In this document: in pieces, positions 1-9,868 of the stretch
How the letters are laid out: each line of letters starts with the position of its first letter
Position numbering within the stretch: position 1 is the stretch's first letter
IMG/VR virus record: IMGVR_UViG_3300001605_000011
Origin: an uncultured virus (IMG/VR IMGVR_UViG_3300001605_000011)
Taxonomy: Duplodnaviria; Heunggongvirae; Uroviricota; Caudoviricetes
Strand: one strand, 5' to 3'
Length of the DNA: 64,000 bases
Notes under the pieces: generated by a model
The model's input: the letters and a program-made list of their open reading frames with translations, nothing else
What the model was told of the DNA's origin: nothing
The model's database searches: none
Program-made: the position numbers and the translations under genes

Positions 1-944
1 GGAGACTCGCGGAATTGGAAGACGTTGTCGGTCGCCGGTTGTAAGAAAACAGTTCCCCGGATCGGAAGAGCGCCGAAGCGGCCGCAAAAAATACGCTTGA
101 CGAATGTTCTAGCCGAAGCGGTCGCGGTTCCGCCGATAACGGCGTGGCTTTCAAAATTATGGCCGCCGGGCCCGTAGTCGTTCCCATGAGCGTTTGCAAC
201 ATATAGAAAACCTGTGCCGGTGTTGCTCGCGGCGGGCGAGGCGTTGACGTTGCCGGCGTAGGCGTTTTCGATATTGATAGTCCCGGCGCCAGTGTTTACC
301 GCAGCAATCGCCGCAGCATTTCCGCCACTGATTGCCCCGCCGAAAGCGTTGGTTAGGTTTGCTACTCCATTACCCGTTTGTTGCAATCCGTGACTTCCGC
401 TACCTGAACCATGGGTCACATTAGTGGCGTTTACGTTTCCCGATCCACTTTGCAAAATCCCTACTGAACTAGCTCCAAACCCACCAGTTACAGACAAAAA
501 GCTTGCTGTCCCTGAACCAACAAGAAAACCACGGCCGTTTGTGCGAGTGTCTAGAATGTTGCAATTTCTTGCAATTAAAAGACCGCTTCCGGAAAGTAAT
601 CCCGCAGCAACGAATCCTGCCCCCCCGTCGGTGAAAAAGTCTCTCGCCGTAACGACGCCAGACATATGAGAAAAAATAACGCAATGGTTGAGAGCTCCTC
701 CACTCGCGTTAAAATCACAGTTTTCTAGATTGATCGCGCCGCCGTTGCCATCAATTTCTTCCTGTCTAATTGCGAAAGTACCGGTCCCAGTAGTCGCTTG
801 AAAAAGTATTTCCGAAATGTCGATGTCAATATAAACTACAAGGCCATTATTCCGGACGGTGTCGCCGGGGGATGGGACGATGCCGCCGAAGGTCACAGCG
901 TAGTTGGAATAATTGCCAGTAGCGACGGCGTTTACGATTGCCAT
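1..944 (-). CDS. Putative tail fibre/spike beta-helix protein, type B copy 2 (3' end runs off the window; absent from the ORF track)
   Basis: ATG at 944-942 overlaps the TAA of 944..1552. My translation starts MAIVNAVATGNYSNYAVTFGGIVPSPGDTVRNN and ends ...FVKRIFCGRFGALPIRGTVFLQPATDNVFQFRES, clearly paralogous to 1810..3354; Gly/Asn/Ser-rich core. Confidence 0.75.
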   Translation of the reverse strand, partial: MAIVNAVATGNYSNYAVTFGGIVPSPGDTVRNNGLVVYIDIDISEILFQATTGTGTFAIRQEEIDGNGGAINLENCDFNASGGALNHCVIFSHMSGVVTARDFFTDGGAGFVAAGLLSGSGLLIARNCNILDTRTNGRGFLVGSGTASFLSVTGGFGASSVGILQSGSGNVNATNVTHGSGSGSHGLQQTGNGVANLTNAFGGAISGGNAAAIAAVNTGAGTINIENAYAGNVNASPAASNTGTGFLYVANAHGNDYGPGGHNFESHAVIGGTATASARTFVKRIFCGRFGALPIRGTVFLQPATDNVFQFRES

Positions 945-1552
945 TACCTGCCCTCCTCAAACACCTCGAGCAGTGCCGGTGGTTCAGCCAGACTATGCTC
1001 TTGGGCGTTAATCCAGCGTAGACCACGAGAATACACCTGAATCCATTCTTCGCGGATCTGGGCGTATTCTTTGCGGTTAGCCTCAATCGCAGCCTGTTTT
1101 TCGGCTGCAATCCTCTCGGCTTCGATCCTAGCGAGCTCTGCTGCTTTGCGTTGCTCCACTTGGGCGAGCGTCGGTTCAGCCGAGAACCCTTCCTGTGACC
1201 ACCGCCCAACGCTGACACCGCCAAGTGCTTTGACAGCGTCCCGAACTGGTGTGGGCCATGGCTGGTCTTGCTGCGGTCCGTAACCGAACATCGCAAGCTG
1301 GTCGATCATTGCTTGCCGGTCCTCGCCCGATAAGCTCATGCCGACGGTTGAAAGTGCTTGCCATGACGCAGCCAGCAGGGGATCTTTCGCCGCCCCCGCC
1401 TGCAGCGTGCCGACAACCAGTCGAGCAGCGTCCCCGCCCACAGCGTCAACGATCGCAGCAACGGTGATAACCGCGTTGGTCGGGACCCAGGCTTCCGTCA
1501 GCAGGGTTGCCAAGATTTCGTCTGCTGGTTTAGCCCATTCGATTAGATTCAT
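944..1552 (-). CDS. Hypothetical helical protein, fibre-associated paralog family copy 3
   Basis: Shares W-x-x-P/S-x-x-E-x-LA, DRQAxIDxLA, WPxxVRDAVKxLGG and GFxxEPTL motifs with 4937..5536 and 9865..10458; translationally coupled to the downstream fibre gene. Confidence 0.7.
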   Translation of the reverse strand: MNLIEWAKPADEILATLLTEAWVPTNAVITVAAIVDAVGGDAARLVVGTLQAGAAKDPLLAASWQALSTVGMSLSGEDRQAMIDQLAMFGYGPQQDQPWPTPVRDAVKALGGVSVGRWSQEGFSAEPTLAQVEQRKAAELARIEAERIAAEKQAAIEANRKEYAQIREEWIQVYSRGLRWINAQEHSLAEPPALLEVFEEGR

Positions 1553-1570
1553 GGCAAATACCCGCGGTTG

Positions 1571-1813
1571 TTACATCTGCAGAATAATGAACTGAAAGTC
1601 GCTGTCCTCAGACACGCGTGTACCCTCGCCAAGCCCGTACGCGAACGTAACGCCTGCCCGGACGTCTGAGTTAGCAGGGTAATCGCCTACGGTGACGATG
1701 TCGAGGTTACCTACCATGTCGGCACCGAGCGGCCCGTAGGTCACATCCACGATGACAGTGCTCGTCGGTGGAAACACACCGCCGAAGAATTCAGGGAAGG
1801 TTAGGCCACTCAT
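1571..1813 (-). CDS. Small structural protein carrying the fibre linker motif
   Basis: PANSDVRAGVTFAYGLGEGT matches the P-x-x-x-DV-x-x-G-T-x-Y/F-G linker of neighbouring fibre genes; ATGA overlap with 1810..3354. Confidence 0.6.
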   Translation of the reverse strand: MSGLTFPEFFGGVFPPTSTVIVDVTYGPLGADMVGNLDIVTVGDYPANSDVRAGVTFAYGLGEGTRVSEDSDFQFIILQM

Positions 1814-3354
1814 GCCGGATCACTGTAATAGAAAGTCAGACTCTGTCCGCCGACGATGGTGAACTGGAAACTACCGGCGTCTAGGGCTGCCGCTGCCCGC
1901 GGTATCTTAACCACCTCGCTGGCAGCAACGTGTAGCATACCGCCCTCTCGCTCAACTTCTGTGATTGAAGAGGGACGGTTGATTGTCCGCAGCGTTGCGC
2001 ACATTGTGTACGTGTTGCTGGTGAAGATGTACCTAGCTGTTCCTTCTTCCGTTGGCCTGTCAGCAGCGTCAAACTCCAAGGTGAAGTAGTGCTTACCGTT
2101 TTCTTCCCGCAGGTAAGAGACGGTGCCAGCAACCGGAACGTACGGTCCGTTGTCGATAGACACTTCACCTGTGACCGTATCTGTTGCGTTAGGCCAGCCG
2201 AACGTAAGCGGCTTTGTGTCTTCGATAGAACGAGTTGCTGGACTAACCGGATTAGGCTGTAACGTCGCCAGCAGTTGCTCCTGGGTCAGTACTGCGGTAC
2301 CGACAGTGTCGTCGACAGGGACGCCGACTACGGTTTGGCCGGCGAGCGGGACGGCACACGTTCCGACGTTACTTCCGTAGTTGAATGACGTTCCTAGCCG
2401 CACATCGGACGTAGCGGGCGAGTCGGCGAAGGTTGCCGGGTCAGCGAGTGTCTTGGTCAGACCATCAGACATGCGAAATTGGACGGTATTCGTCGGATCG
2501 GGATCCAGAAAGACAATGCCATCGATCGGGGATTGGCCGAGAACGCCGAAAATTAGGTTTTTAACGCGGCAGAAGTTGTTGAGGCCAGTAGAAAGGAATC
2601 TAACGCCAGGCGTTCTGGGAGAAACGGATCCGTTGCCGCCAGCAGATCCACTCGCATTCGTCACCCACGCAGAGACATTTACAACCGATGGGCCGATCCA
2701 TAGTCCGGGGGCCGAGTTAGGGATAGCGTTTTCGATGTAAAACCGCGAAGAGCCATTCTGCGAAACGCCGACACCCGCGGCGGTGCTATTACTATTTCCG
2801 CCGATTGCGTTTGTGATGTAGCAGAGATAATTGCCACTTGAAAACTCAGACCCGAAGCCAAAGGCCTCAAGACCACTGCCGCCGGTTGCTTGATCGACGT
2901 ACACGGTAACGCCAGACCCAGAAGATACGATCGCCGCGCCGATCGTATAGTTACTAGGGCCGCCGCGTACAGACCCTAAACGGCAGATCGCGGTGCCAGA
3001 TAGGCTGAGTCTGATAGCGTATCTGCTTCCAGTACCGCTGTTGTTAGTGGCTGCGCCGGTCCAGCGAAATTCGCCGGATGAATAGGTTAACTGGAGGCCG
3101 GCAGCTGCGGCGGTGCCGCGGTAGTCGAGCGTACAGTTGTCGCAGATCAGTAGCCCGCCGTGGGCGTCGATTTGCGCTTGGCCTACGCTTAGACCACCGC
3201 CATTCGCGATAAACGCGATGTTGGCAATCGGCACATCAAGCGTGATAGTGAACGCGTTGGTCTGCACCGTATCGCCTACTTGAGGCGTTACACCTCCAAA
3301 CGTGACGGCGGTGTTTGAATAGTTACCGGTGGCGACGGCGTTGACAATTGCCAT
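1810..3354 (-). CDS. Putative tail fibre/spike beta-helix protein, type B copy 1
   Basis: 514 aa, Gly/Ser/Asn-rich beta repeats; N-terminus shared with 1..944; C-terminal module (EDTKPLTFGWP...SIDNGPYVPVAG...GKHYFTL...AADRPTEEGTARY) shared with 3354..4949 and 5536..7173. Confidence 0.7.
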   Translation of the reverse strand: MAIVNAVATGNYSNTAVTFGGVTPQVGDTVQTNAFTITLDVPIANIAFIANGGGLSVGQAQIDAHGGLLICDNCTLDYRGTAAAAGLQLTYSSGEFRWTGAATNNSGTGSRYAIRLSLSGTAICRLGSVRGGPSNYTIGAAIVSSGSGVTVYVDQATGGSGLEAFGFGSEFSSGNYLCYITNAIGGNSNSTAAGVGVSQNGSSRFYIENAIPNSAPGLWIGPSVVNVSAWVTNASGSAGGNGSVSPRTPGVRFLSTGLNNFCRVKNLIFGVLGQSPIDGIVFLDPDPTNTVQFRMSDGLTKTLADPATFADSPATSDVRLGTSFNYGSNVGTCAVPLAGQTVVGVPVDDTVGTAVLTQEQLLATLQPNPVSPATRSIEDTKPLTFGWPNATDTVTGEVSIDNGPYVPVAGTVSYLREENGKHYFTLEFDAADRPTEEGTARYIFTSNTYTMCATLRTINRPSSITEVEREGGMLHVAASEVVKIPRAAAALDAGSFQFTIVGGQSLTFYYSDPA

Positions 3355-4949
3355 TAAAAGAACTCTCCCCTGTTGTTGTTATTCAGGGAAGAAACGCCAC
3401 TCAGAATGTTTTGTGACGTAGCTTCTACAGCCAATCCGTCCTTGATTTCGCTCAATGCGGGGCTGGCTTTCATCGTACGCAGCGTCGCGTACACGCTGTG
3501 CGAACCGCTGTAGAAACGGTATCTAGCTGTACCTTCAGCTGCAGGGCGGTCAGCAGCGTCGTGCGCTAGCGTGTAGTAGTACTTGCCGCTCTCGCTACGG
3601 AAGTAAGCAATGACACCAGCCACGGCGACGTAAGACCCGTTGTCGATCGAAACTTGGCCCTGAACCGTGTCCGTCGAATTGGGCCAGCTGAACGTGAGCG
3701 GCTTTTCATCCTCGAGCGTACGTTCGGCTACGAACGCCGGATTACGCTGAAGCGTCGCCATCGAAGCGGCGAGCACAGCGGACGAGATGATGGCTGGATC
3801 GATGAGTAAGGCTGTGCCGACTTGCTCGAATCCGGTGTAGCCGTATTCGGTTTCGGCGGCGACGGTTTCGGGCGCGGGGAGTGTGGGCGCGTCGACGCCG
3901 AGTTGTAGTATTCGGCCGTCGAGTTGATTTGAATTTAGCGCAATTGACTGGCCGGTCGGAGCAAAATTGCGAATGACTGTATTAGAATCTGTCACTAAGG
4001 TACCGGATGTTCTTGTAATTGCAAACCTACCGTAGTTCTCGAGCGTCAATCCCGTTAATACTAAGGTTCCCCCAGCTAAGCTAATTCTTAATTCTTTCTC
4101 TTGTAATAGCGTCGCGTTTTGGCTTTGCCAAAAAAAGGTTCCGGATTGCAGGCTTAATTGGTTTCCTACTGAATTAGGATAAAAACTGCCAACAAAGTAT
4201 AGGCTTCCGGTGTTGCCAGTAGATAAGTCAAACAATGGTAGCCCAATGCCAAAAACGTCGCCATCAATTGTGGCCACTCCGGACCAGTTGGTAAACCTAA
4301 AAAGGGATACGGAGCTTTTGTTGTCGACGTCGCCGGTCCAGGTCATTGTGGTTACGCCAGAGACGACTATTTGCGTCCCTTGGTAGCTAAAAACATTAAG
4401 GCCGTCGCTATTGTGATTCCAAAATGATCCGTTGAGAGTTACCGGGAATTGTAGGGCACCGTTACTTAGCAAAAAGCGGCCGGTTGTGTTGAGTGTTCCC
4501 CCGGTAAAGGTATTCGTGGCCGCTAGTCTAAACGTCCCCCCCGGCGACGAGTCGAAGAGAATCAGAGACGGGTCGCTACCAGTTGTTGAAATTGTCAAAC
4601 TTCCGCCGGTCATCGCGGCGAAGGACATAGCAGCAGCGGAGCCGGAAAACGTCCATTTACCATATAGCGATAGAGCGTTTCCGATTGTGATTTGGGTTGT
4701 GAGGAATTGAGCGGCGACGCCGCCGGAGATCGTCCATCCGTTAGTTGCGGTGACGGATCGAGCGGGACCAGTGAAGGCGAGACGCGAGGCGGCGTTGTTG
4801 AACGTGACAGAGCCGAGGACTAGGTCAGCGTCAAGCGTCAGCGTATGCTCGCCGATGACCAGATCATCACCAGCGACCGGAACTTGAGCCGGACTCCAGT
4901 TCGTCGACGACGTTAGATTGACAGCCCCGGCGCTCGTTAGCGTTGCCAT
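3354..4949 (-). CDS. Putative tail fibre/spike beta-helix protein, type A copy 2
   Basis: N-terminal MATLTSAGAVNLTSSTNWSPAQVPVAGDDLVIG nearly identical to 5536..7173; divergent, AT-richer core; shared C-terminal module; ends in EFF. Confidence 0.7.
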   Translation of the reverse strand: MATLTSAGAVNLTSSTNWSPAQVPVAGDDLVIGEHTLTLDADLVLGSVTFNNAASRLAFTGPARSVTATNGWTISGGVAAQFLTTQITIGNALSLYGKWTFSGSAAAMSFAAMTGGSLTISTTGSDPSLILFDSSPGGTFRLAATNTFTGGTLNTTGRFLLSNGALQFPVTLNGSFWNHNSDGLNVFSYQGTQIVVSGVTTMTWTGDVDNKSSVSLFRFTNWSGVATIDGDVFGIGLPLFDLSTGNTGSLYFVGSFYPNSVGNQLSLQSGTFFWQSQNATLLQEKELRISLAGGTLVLTGLTLENYGRFAITRTSGTLVTDSNTVIRNFAPTGQSIALNSNQLDGRILQLGVDAPTLPAPETVAAETEYGYTGFEQVGTALLIDPAIISSAVLAASMATLQRNPAFVAERTLEDEKPLTFSWPNSTDTVQGQVSIDNGSYVAVAGVIAYFRSESGKYYYTLAHDAADRPAAEGTARYRFYSGSHSVYATLRTMKASPALSEIKDGLAVEATSQNILSGVSSLNNNNRGEFF

Positions 4950-5536
4950 AGTTCACTGACCTTAGACGGTACTTGATCGCTACCCAGTTGTCCCGCGTCG
5001 ATCGCCGCACGTACAGCGCGCGACGTGTCATCCCATTTCTGCCGCAAAAGAACGATGTCGCGATAGCGGTTCGCCGCGGCGATCGCCAGCAGTTCTTGTG
5101 TCTGCCTAGCTTCAACTACTTCCAGCGTCGGCTCTTCCGAGAATCCGACCAACTGCCAGCACGGCACGAGCGGGCGTCCGATACGCTTGAGCGCTTCGAG
5201 CAGCTCCGGCGACCAGTGTAGTGCCGGGGCTATCTGGTCCAAAAGCGCTTGACGCTTGTCCGTGTGTAGCACGAACCCGTTACCGGCCAACGCCGCCTGC
5301 GTATCCGTAATCTCTTCCGCCAGGATCTGCTCCAACACGTTCTGCGACTCGCTAAGTGCCTTAGCCTGGATGAACGACATCCGCAGCTCGACATACAGCG
5401 GCTCGGATAGCTTGCCTTCCTTCAGCATCGCCATCGTCACCGGTGTATCATCCTCGGCCTCGACAAAGCCACTTACGTCGGCGAGTAACTCGGAAGATGA
5501 TTTTGACCAATCCGGAACGAACGTATTGCTACTCAT
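4937..5536 (-). CDS. Hypothetical helical protein, fibre-associated paralog family copy 2
   Basis: DWSKSSSELLA, KRQALLDQIA and GFSEEPTL motifs shared with 944..1552 and 9865..10458. Confidence 0.65.
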   Translation of the reverse strand: MSSNTFVPDWSKSSSELLADVSGFVEAEDDTPVTMAMLKEGKLSEPLYVELRMSFIQAKALSESQNVLEQILAEEITDTQAALAGNGFVLHTDKRQALLDQIAPALHWSPELLEALKRIGRPLVPCWQLVGFSEEPTLEVVEARQTQELLAIAAANRYRDIVLLRQKWDDTSRAVRAAIDAGQLGSDQVPSKVSELWQR

Positions 5537-7173
5537 CAGAAAAACTCACTTCTGTCGTTGCTGTGAAGGGCTGTAACTCCGCTCAAAACGCTCTGCGACG
5601 TGGCCTCGAGCGCCAAGCCCGCCTGGACATCTACGACTCGCGGACTTGCCTTGAGCACGCGCAAATTAGCGTACATCGAATCCGTGTCGCTGTAGAAGCG
5701 GTAACGAGCGGTGCCTTCCACGGTCGGACGGTCAGCAGCGTTGTACGCCAGCGTGTAGTAATGCTTGCCGCTCTCGCTGCGCAGAAATGCGATCGCGCCA
5801 GTTACTGGTACGTACGCGCCATTATCCAGCGAGACCTGCCCCTGAACCGTTTCGACAGCACTATGCCAGCCAAACGTCAGAGCCTTCGTGTCTTCGAGCG
5901 TTCGCTCAACCACGTACGTCGTGTTCTTCTGTAGCGTGGCTAACTGCGCGGCCAGCACCGCGGAGGAGATGATGGCTGGGTCGATGATGAGGCCGGTGCC
6001 GATGATTTCGGAGCCGGAGTATCCGTAGGTGGTTCCCACGGAGACGTCTTGCGTCGCGGGTAGAGTTGGCACGACGTTAGGCAGTTTTACGATTTTGCCT
6101 CGCAGGGTTGCCTGCACGATTCCAGCCATAGCCAGCCCCTCGCTAGTGCATGACAACAAAGTACCGGAATTGACAATTACGGACGTTGTGCTCGCAAGTG
6201 TAAATAACAGGCTTCCAGACACTAGAGCCTGTAGTCCTTCCAGGTTGATCAGCGCCGGCGCAGCGGCGTTTACTACAGTTTGCTCGGTTGCGCTGATCGT
6301 GATGCTTTGGTTCCGATATAACAACGACCCAGCGTTGACGTTGATCGCGTTAAAATTGAAAGTAGAGGTCCATTTTCCGACAATCGTAACTGACCCGGTA
6401 AATGCAGCCAGTAGGTTTAGCATTCCGATAGCGGCTTGGCTTGGCAATAAATCGATGGAATGATTGCCGGTAAAAATGCTGTTATTACTACCCGTTACTT
6501 GCCAGTGTGCAAAAGTATTCGATGGCGTGTCGGGATTTTGATAGTGAAAATTGCCGCTGATGTTGAGCAGAAGAGAAACAGAGCCGTTGAATCTTTGGCA
6601 AACGAATGAGCCGTAAACGTAATTTTCCCCAACAGAGTTATGTGTCCATGAGGAAAAAATATCTGTCACTCCATTAAACAGAATTGAGGCCGCAGTGTTG
6701 GTAAAGTTTATCCTTCCGATTGTTGTCAGGTTTGTAATTGCCACATCGCCGTTAAACAATCGCAGACCGGCCGAAGCGGTTTTCGGTTCAAACAATACAG
6801 AGGACGGATTTTCTCCGATTGTGCTGAGCTTTAGTGTTGAATTGGAAATTGATTGAAATAGAAAGCCTAGCGAAGTGCTCGATGTGTTGTTAATCGTAAA
6901 CTTGCCGAACAGGTTTACAACTTGCGATGCGATTGCATTAAACAGGCCATCGCCAGATAGGTCCCAGGTTGTCGCCGTGATTGTTCGGTTTCCGGAGATC
7001 GTGATGCGAGACGAGCCGGAGGTAGTGGTGATCGAGCCGAGGACTAGGTCGGCGTCGAGCGTCAGCGTGTCTGCACCGATGACCAAATCATCACCGGCGA
7101 CCGGAACTTGAGCTGGACTCCAGTTCGTCGACGACGTTAAGTTAACCGCTCCGGTGCTTGTCAAAGTTGCCAT
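5536..7173 (-). CDS. Putative tail fibre/spike beta-helix protein, type A copy 1
   Basis: Paralog of 3354..4949 with conserved ends and a divergent core; ends HSNDRSEFF. Confidence 0.7.
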   Translation of the reverse strand: MATLTSTGAVNLTSSTNWSPAQVPVAGDDLVIGADTLTLDADLVLGSITTTSGSSRITISGNRTITATTWDLSGDGLFNAIASQVVNLFGKFTINNTSSTSLGFLFQSISNSTLKLSTIGENPSSVLFEPKTASAGLRLFNGDVAITNLTTIGRINFTNTAASILFNGVTDIFSSWTHNSVGENYVYGSFVCQRFNGSVSLLLNISGNFHYQNPDTPSNTFAHWQVTGSNNSIFTGNHSIDLLPSQAAIGMLNLLAAFTGSVTIVGKWTSTFNFNAINVNAGSLLYRNQSITISATEQTVVNAAAPALINLEGLQALVSGSLLFTLASTTSVIVNSGTLLSCTSEGLAMAGIVQATLRGKIVKLPNVVPTLPATQDVSVGTTYGYSGSEIIGTGLIIDPAIISSAVLAAQLATLQKNTTYVVERTLEDTKALTFGWHSAVETVQGQVSLDNGAYVPVTGAIAFLRSESGKHYYTLAYNAADRPTVEGTARYRFYSDTDSMYANLRVLKASPRVVDVQAGLALEATSQSVLSGVTALHSNDRSEFF

Positions 7174-7185
7174 AGTTCACTGACC

Positions 7186-7758
7186 TTAGAAAAACTCGCG
7201 GCGATCGTTCGTGTTCAAAGCTGTGACGCCTTCGAGCGTGCTCTGCGCGGTGGTCTCACTCGCCAAGCCTTCTCGTATCGCCTCTGCGGCTTTCGGCGTA
7301 AATCGATCCCCGCCGCTATCTTCGACCAACCCGATTAGCCTCGCCAAGGCGCGGCCAGTACTGCCGAGCGTGTTGAGAGTGCTGACCAGCACTTCCCAGA
7401 CGGCTGCCCCGGTCGTCGCCGCAGTCGGCAACAGAACGGACGGGTTGTTCGCCACAACTCGATGCTGCTCACCGTACACCACGCAGTCCGTCAGCGTACC
7501 ACTAAACTTGATAAGCTTGCCGAGGTTGGCCGCCAAATAGACGGAGTTGTCTACGGCTACGTAATACACCCCGCCGCCATCCTCGAACCAGTTGCCGCTG
7601 CTTAACGTGATCGGCGTAAAGCTGCCGGTGTCGACGCGATAGCCGATAACCAGGCCGACTGTATTCCAGGCCAGCCCTGTTTTCGGTTCTCCGCTTTCCA
7701 GGATCATCACCATGGCTAGGTTGCCGGCTGACCCGTTGAAGATGTCTTTACAGCTCAT
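7186..7758 (-). CDS. Hypothetical structural protein sharing the EFF tail
   Basis: C-terminal GLASETTAQSTLEGVTALNTNDRREFF matches the tails of both type A fibres; N-terminus unrelated. Confidence 0.65.
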   Translation of the reverse strand: MSCKDIFNGSAGNLAMVMILESGEPKTGLAWNTVGLVIGYRVDTGSFTPITLSSGNWFEDGGGVYYVAVDNSVYLAANLGKLIKFSGTLTDCVVYGEQHRVVANNPSVLLPTAATTGAAVWEVLVSTLNTLGSTGRALARLIGLVEDSGGDRFTPKAAEAIREGLASETTAQSTLEGVTALNTNDRREFF

Positions 7759-7761
7759 GGG

Positions 7762-8536
7762 TCAAAATCCTTGGAAAAAACGAATGGCTGCGGCTGGACT
7801 TCCTACGGATGCTCGGATGCCTCGACCGAATCCACCAGCGTAAAGATATTGAGCATCTGCCAGGTCTAGGGCCGAATGCCAAATGCGAGCATCATCGACG
7901 CGTCCAATCAAAAATGAAGCTGGCGAAAGTCTCGCCCAAGCACCGATTGACGACACGTTCAGGGTTGTCGTCGACGGCGTGTAAGCGAAAGTCTTATCAA
8001 GTGCCCCGTCGATGTAGAGAGACGCCGAACCCGCATTGTCGGTCCACAATACATGATGCCAAGTGCCGTCAAAAACATTTCCGTTTGAGTCGTCTAGCAA
8101 AAGGGTGCCCACCAAATCGTTGCGGATGAAAATCCGAAACTTGCTTGTGTTGCTAAGCGTGCCAGACCCGAAAGTATAGGCTGGGTTGTTTGAGCTTGAA
8201 CTGCCAAACGCAAAAAACCGCCTATCGCTCTGCGCCGCCCCCTTGACCCAAATTGATAGACTAAAGGCAGCCGCTCTGGCGTTTCCCATCACGACATAGT
8301 CATTCGTGCCATCGAAATCTAATGCCCTGACGCCGCCAGCCTCAGTGTCAGCAACGCGGTCCGTCACCGGGTCCATGTTCGTCATTGTGCCATTACTGGT
8401 CCCGATCAAATCGGTAACGATTGTTGACGACGTTGGTTCTGGATCACGCGATTCGCACCACACTGCAACAGGCTTCTTACCGTTTACGTCAAATGGTTCG
8501 ACCTTCCACTGTCGTCCACGACCTAGACCACCCCGG
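7762..8536 (-). CDS. Third LamG/concanavalin-A-like domain, frameshifted continuation of 8489..9868
   Basis: ALDFDGTNDYV, FSLSIWVK, WHHVLWT, LYIDG and GRVDDARIW motifs; in register with the upstream gene if one base is removed from CCCCGGG at 8531-8537. Confidence 0.7.
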
Positions 8537-9868
8537 GTAGAGGTAGGAAACGTCGAGAGTGGATAAGACAATGCCAGTGAATACGCGGACATCATCTTGC
8601 TGTCCCGAGAAAAACAAGCCAGCCCCAGCCCTCGCTCCGATGTTGATCGCTGTGTTTGCAAACCCAACTGGCGAGGTATCGTTGATAATTGTCATCGTTT
8701 CGGCTACGCCGTCTACATAAATCTTAATCCCGTTTGCACTTTGCGATCCATCGTAAGTTGCGACGATATGCCGCCATGCGTTATTCGTGACAACTGTTCC
8801 GCCCATCGCTCTGCGCGAAGTGCTTCCATCCGTTCCATATAGCCCAAACTGGATTCGGCTGAATCCACCGCGGACATCAATCATCCAACCGCCAGCCGGT
8901 CCTATATTCCAATCAGAAATAATTGCCCCGGTAGTCGATGTTTTGATCCACGCCGAAATCGAAAATGGTGTTGATACAGTTATCGGAATCGACGAAGCGG
9001 ATACGTGGTCATTCGACCCGTCGAAATCCAACGCCGTCCTACCATCGCTCACTACCCAATCCGTCGCCGGGTCCATGTCAGTCAGCGTGCCGTTATTGCT
9101 GCCGACTAGATCGGTTAGCGTTGTCGTGCCGTTGCCTGCGGTGTCACGGGACGGAATCCAGACTGAGACTGGTGTTTTGTTGTTTACGGAGTATTTAAGG
9201 CGATTGAAACTATCGTAACTTAACGCTGCTCCGCCGTTGTAAAGCTGAGTCCTTTCGTCAGCGGTCAACACTCGCTTCCAGAATCCGCACTCGTCAATTG
9301 TCCCATTTGTGGGCAGTGCAGCGCCAGATCGGCCAATTACAAAAATAGTCGATCCAGCGAAAACGCCTGCCGAATGGCTCGCAGAGTTTTCGACTCCGTT
9401 GACGCTGATGTTGGTCGTGTTGGCTACGGAATCGTGCCAGGCGATAACGTAATACCACACGCCGGTAGACAGCCCACCGAAATTGTTAGCCGATACAGTA
9501 ACCGCAGACGCTCCAGTGGCTGACACCTGAAACTGCAATCTATTAGGGGAGTTGTCAAAAATGACACGGTATTCGCGACCCGTTGGAGCAACTACCCATT
9601 TGCCAACTACAGTTTGTGCAGAAGAAATAGAATTAAACTTCACCCAACAGGCCAAAGTAAAATCAACATCCCCAGTTTGCAAAGTGGCGTTGCTTGCTAT
9701 AGAAAAATAATCGGACGAACCGTTGAAAGTTCGTGCCCCTAGAACCTTGCCGGTAGTGGTGCCTGGTGCGTTGTTTTGCGTGAGCGTGTTTGTGCCATGG
9801 GCATCAATCGCGTTGCCGCTAGCTTCGTCCAACTTCCAATAGCTGACGAGGTTACTTAGTAAGCTCAT
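8489..9868 (-). CDS. Tandem LamG-like lectin-domain protein (receptor binding), domains 1-2
   Basis: LVSYWKLDE, FTLACWVK, WYYVIAWHD, GTIDECGFWKRVLT; second domain ALDFDGSNDH, FSISAWIK, WRHIVATYDG, IYVDG, DDVRVF. Confidence 0.85.
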   Translation of the reverse strand: MSLLSNLVSYWKLDEASGNAIDAHGTNTLTQNNAPGTTTGKVLGARTFNGSSDYFSIASNATLQTGDVDFTLACWVKFNSISSAQTVVGKWVVAPTGREYRVIFDNSPNRLQFQVSATGASAVTVSANNFGGLSTGVWYYVIAWHDSVANTTNISVNGVENSASHSAGVFAGSTIFVIGRSGAALPTNGTIDECGFWKRVLTADERTQLYNGGAALSYDSFNRLKYSVNNKTPVSVWIPSRDTAGNGTTTLTDLVGSNNGTLTDMDPATDWVVSDGRTALDFDGSNDHVSASSIPITVSTPFSISAWIKTSTTGAIISDWNIGPAGGWMIDVRGGFSRIQFGLYGTDGSTSRRAMGGTVVTNNAWRHIVATYDGSQSANGIKIYVDGVAETMTIINDTSPVGFANTAINIGARAGAGLFFSGQQDDVRVFTGIVLSTLDVSYLYPGWSRSWTTVEGRTI

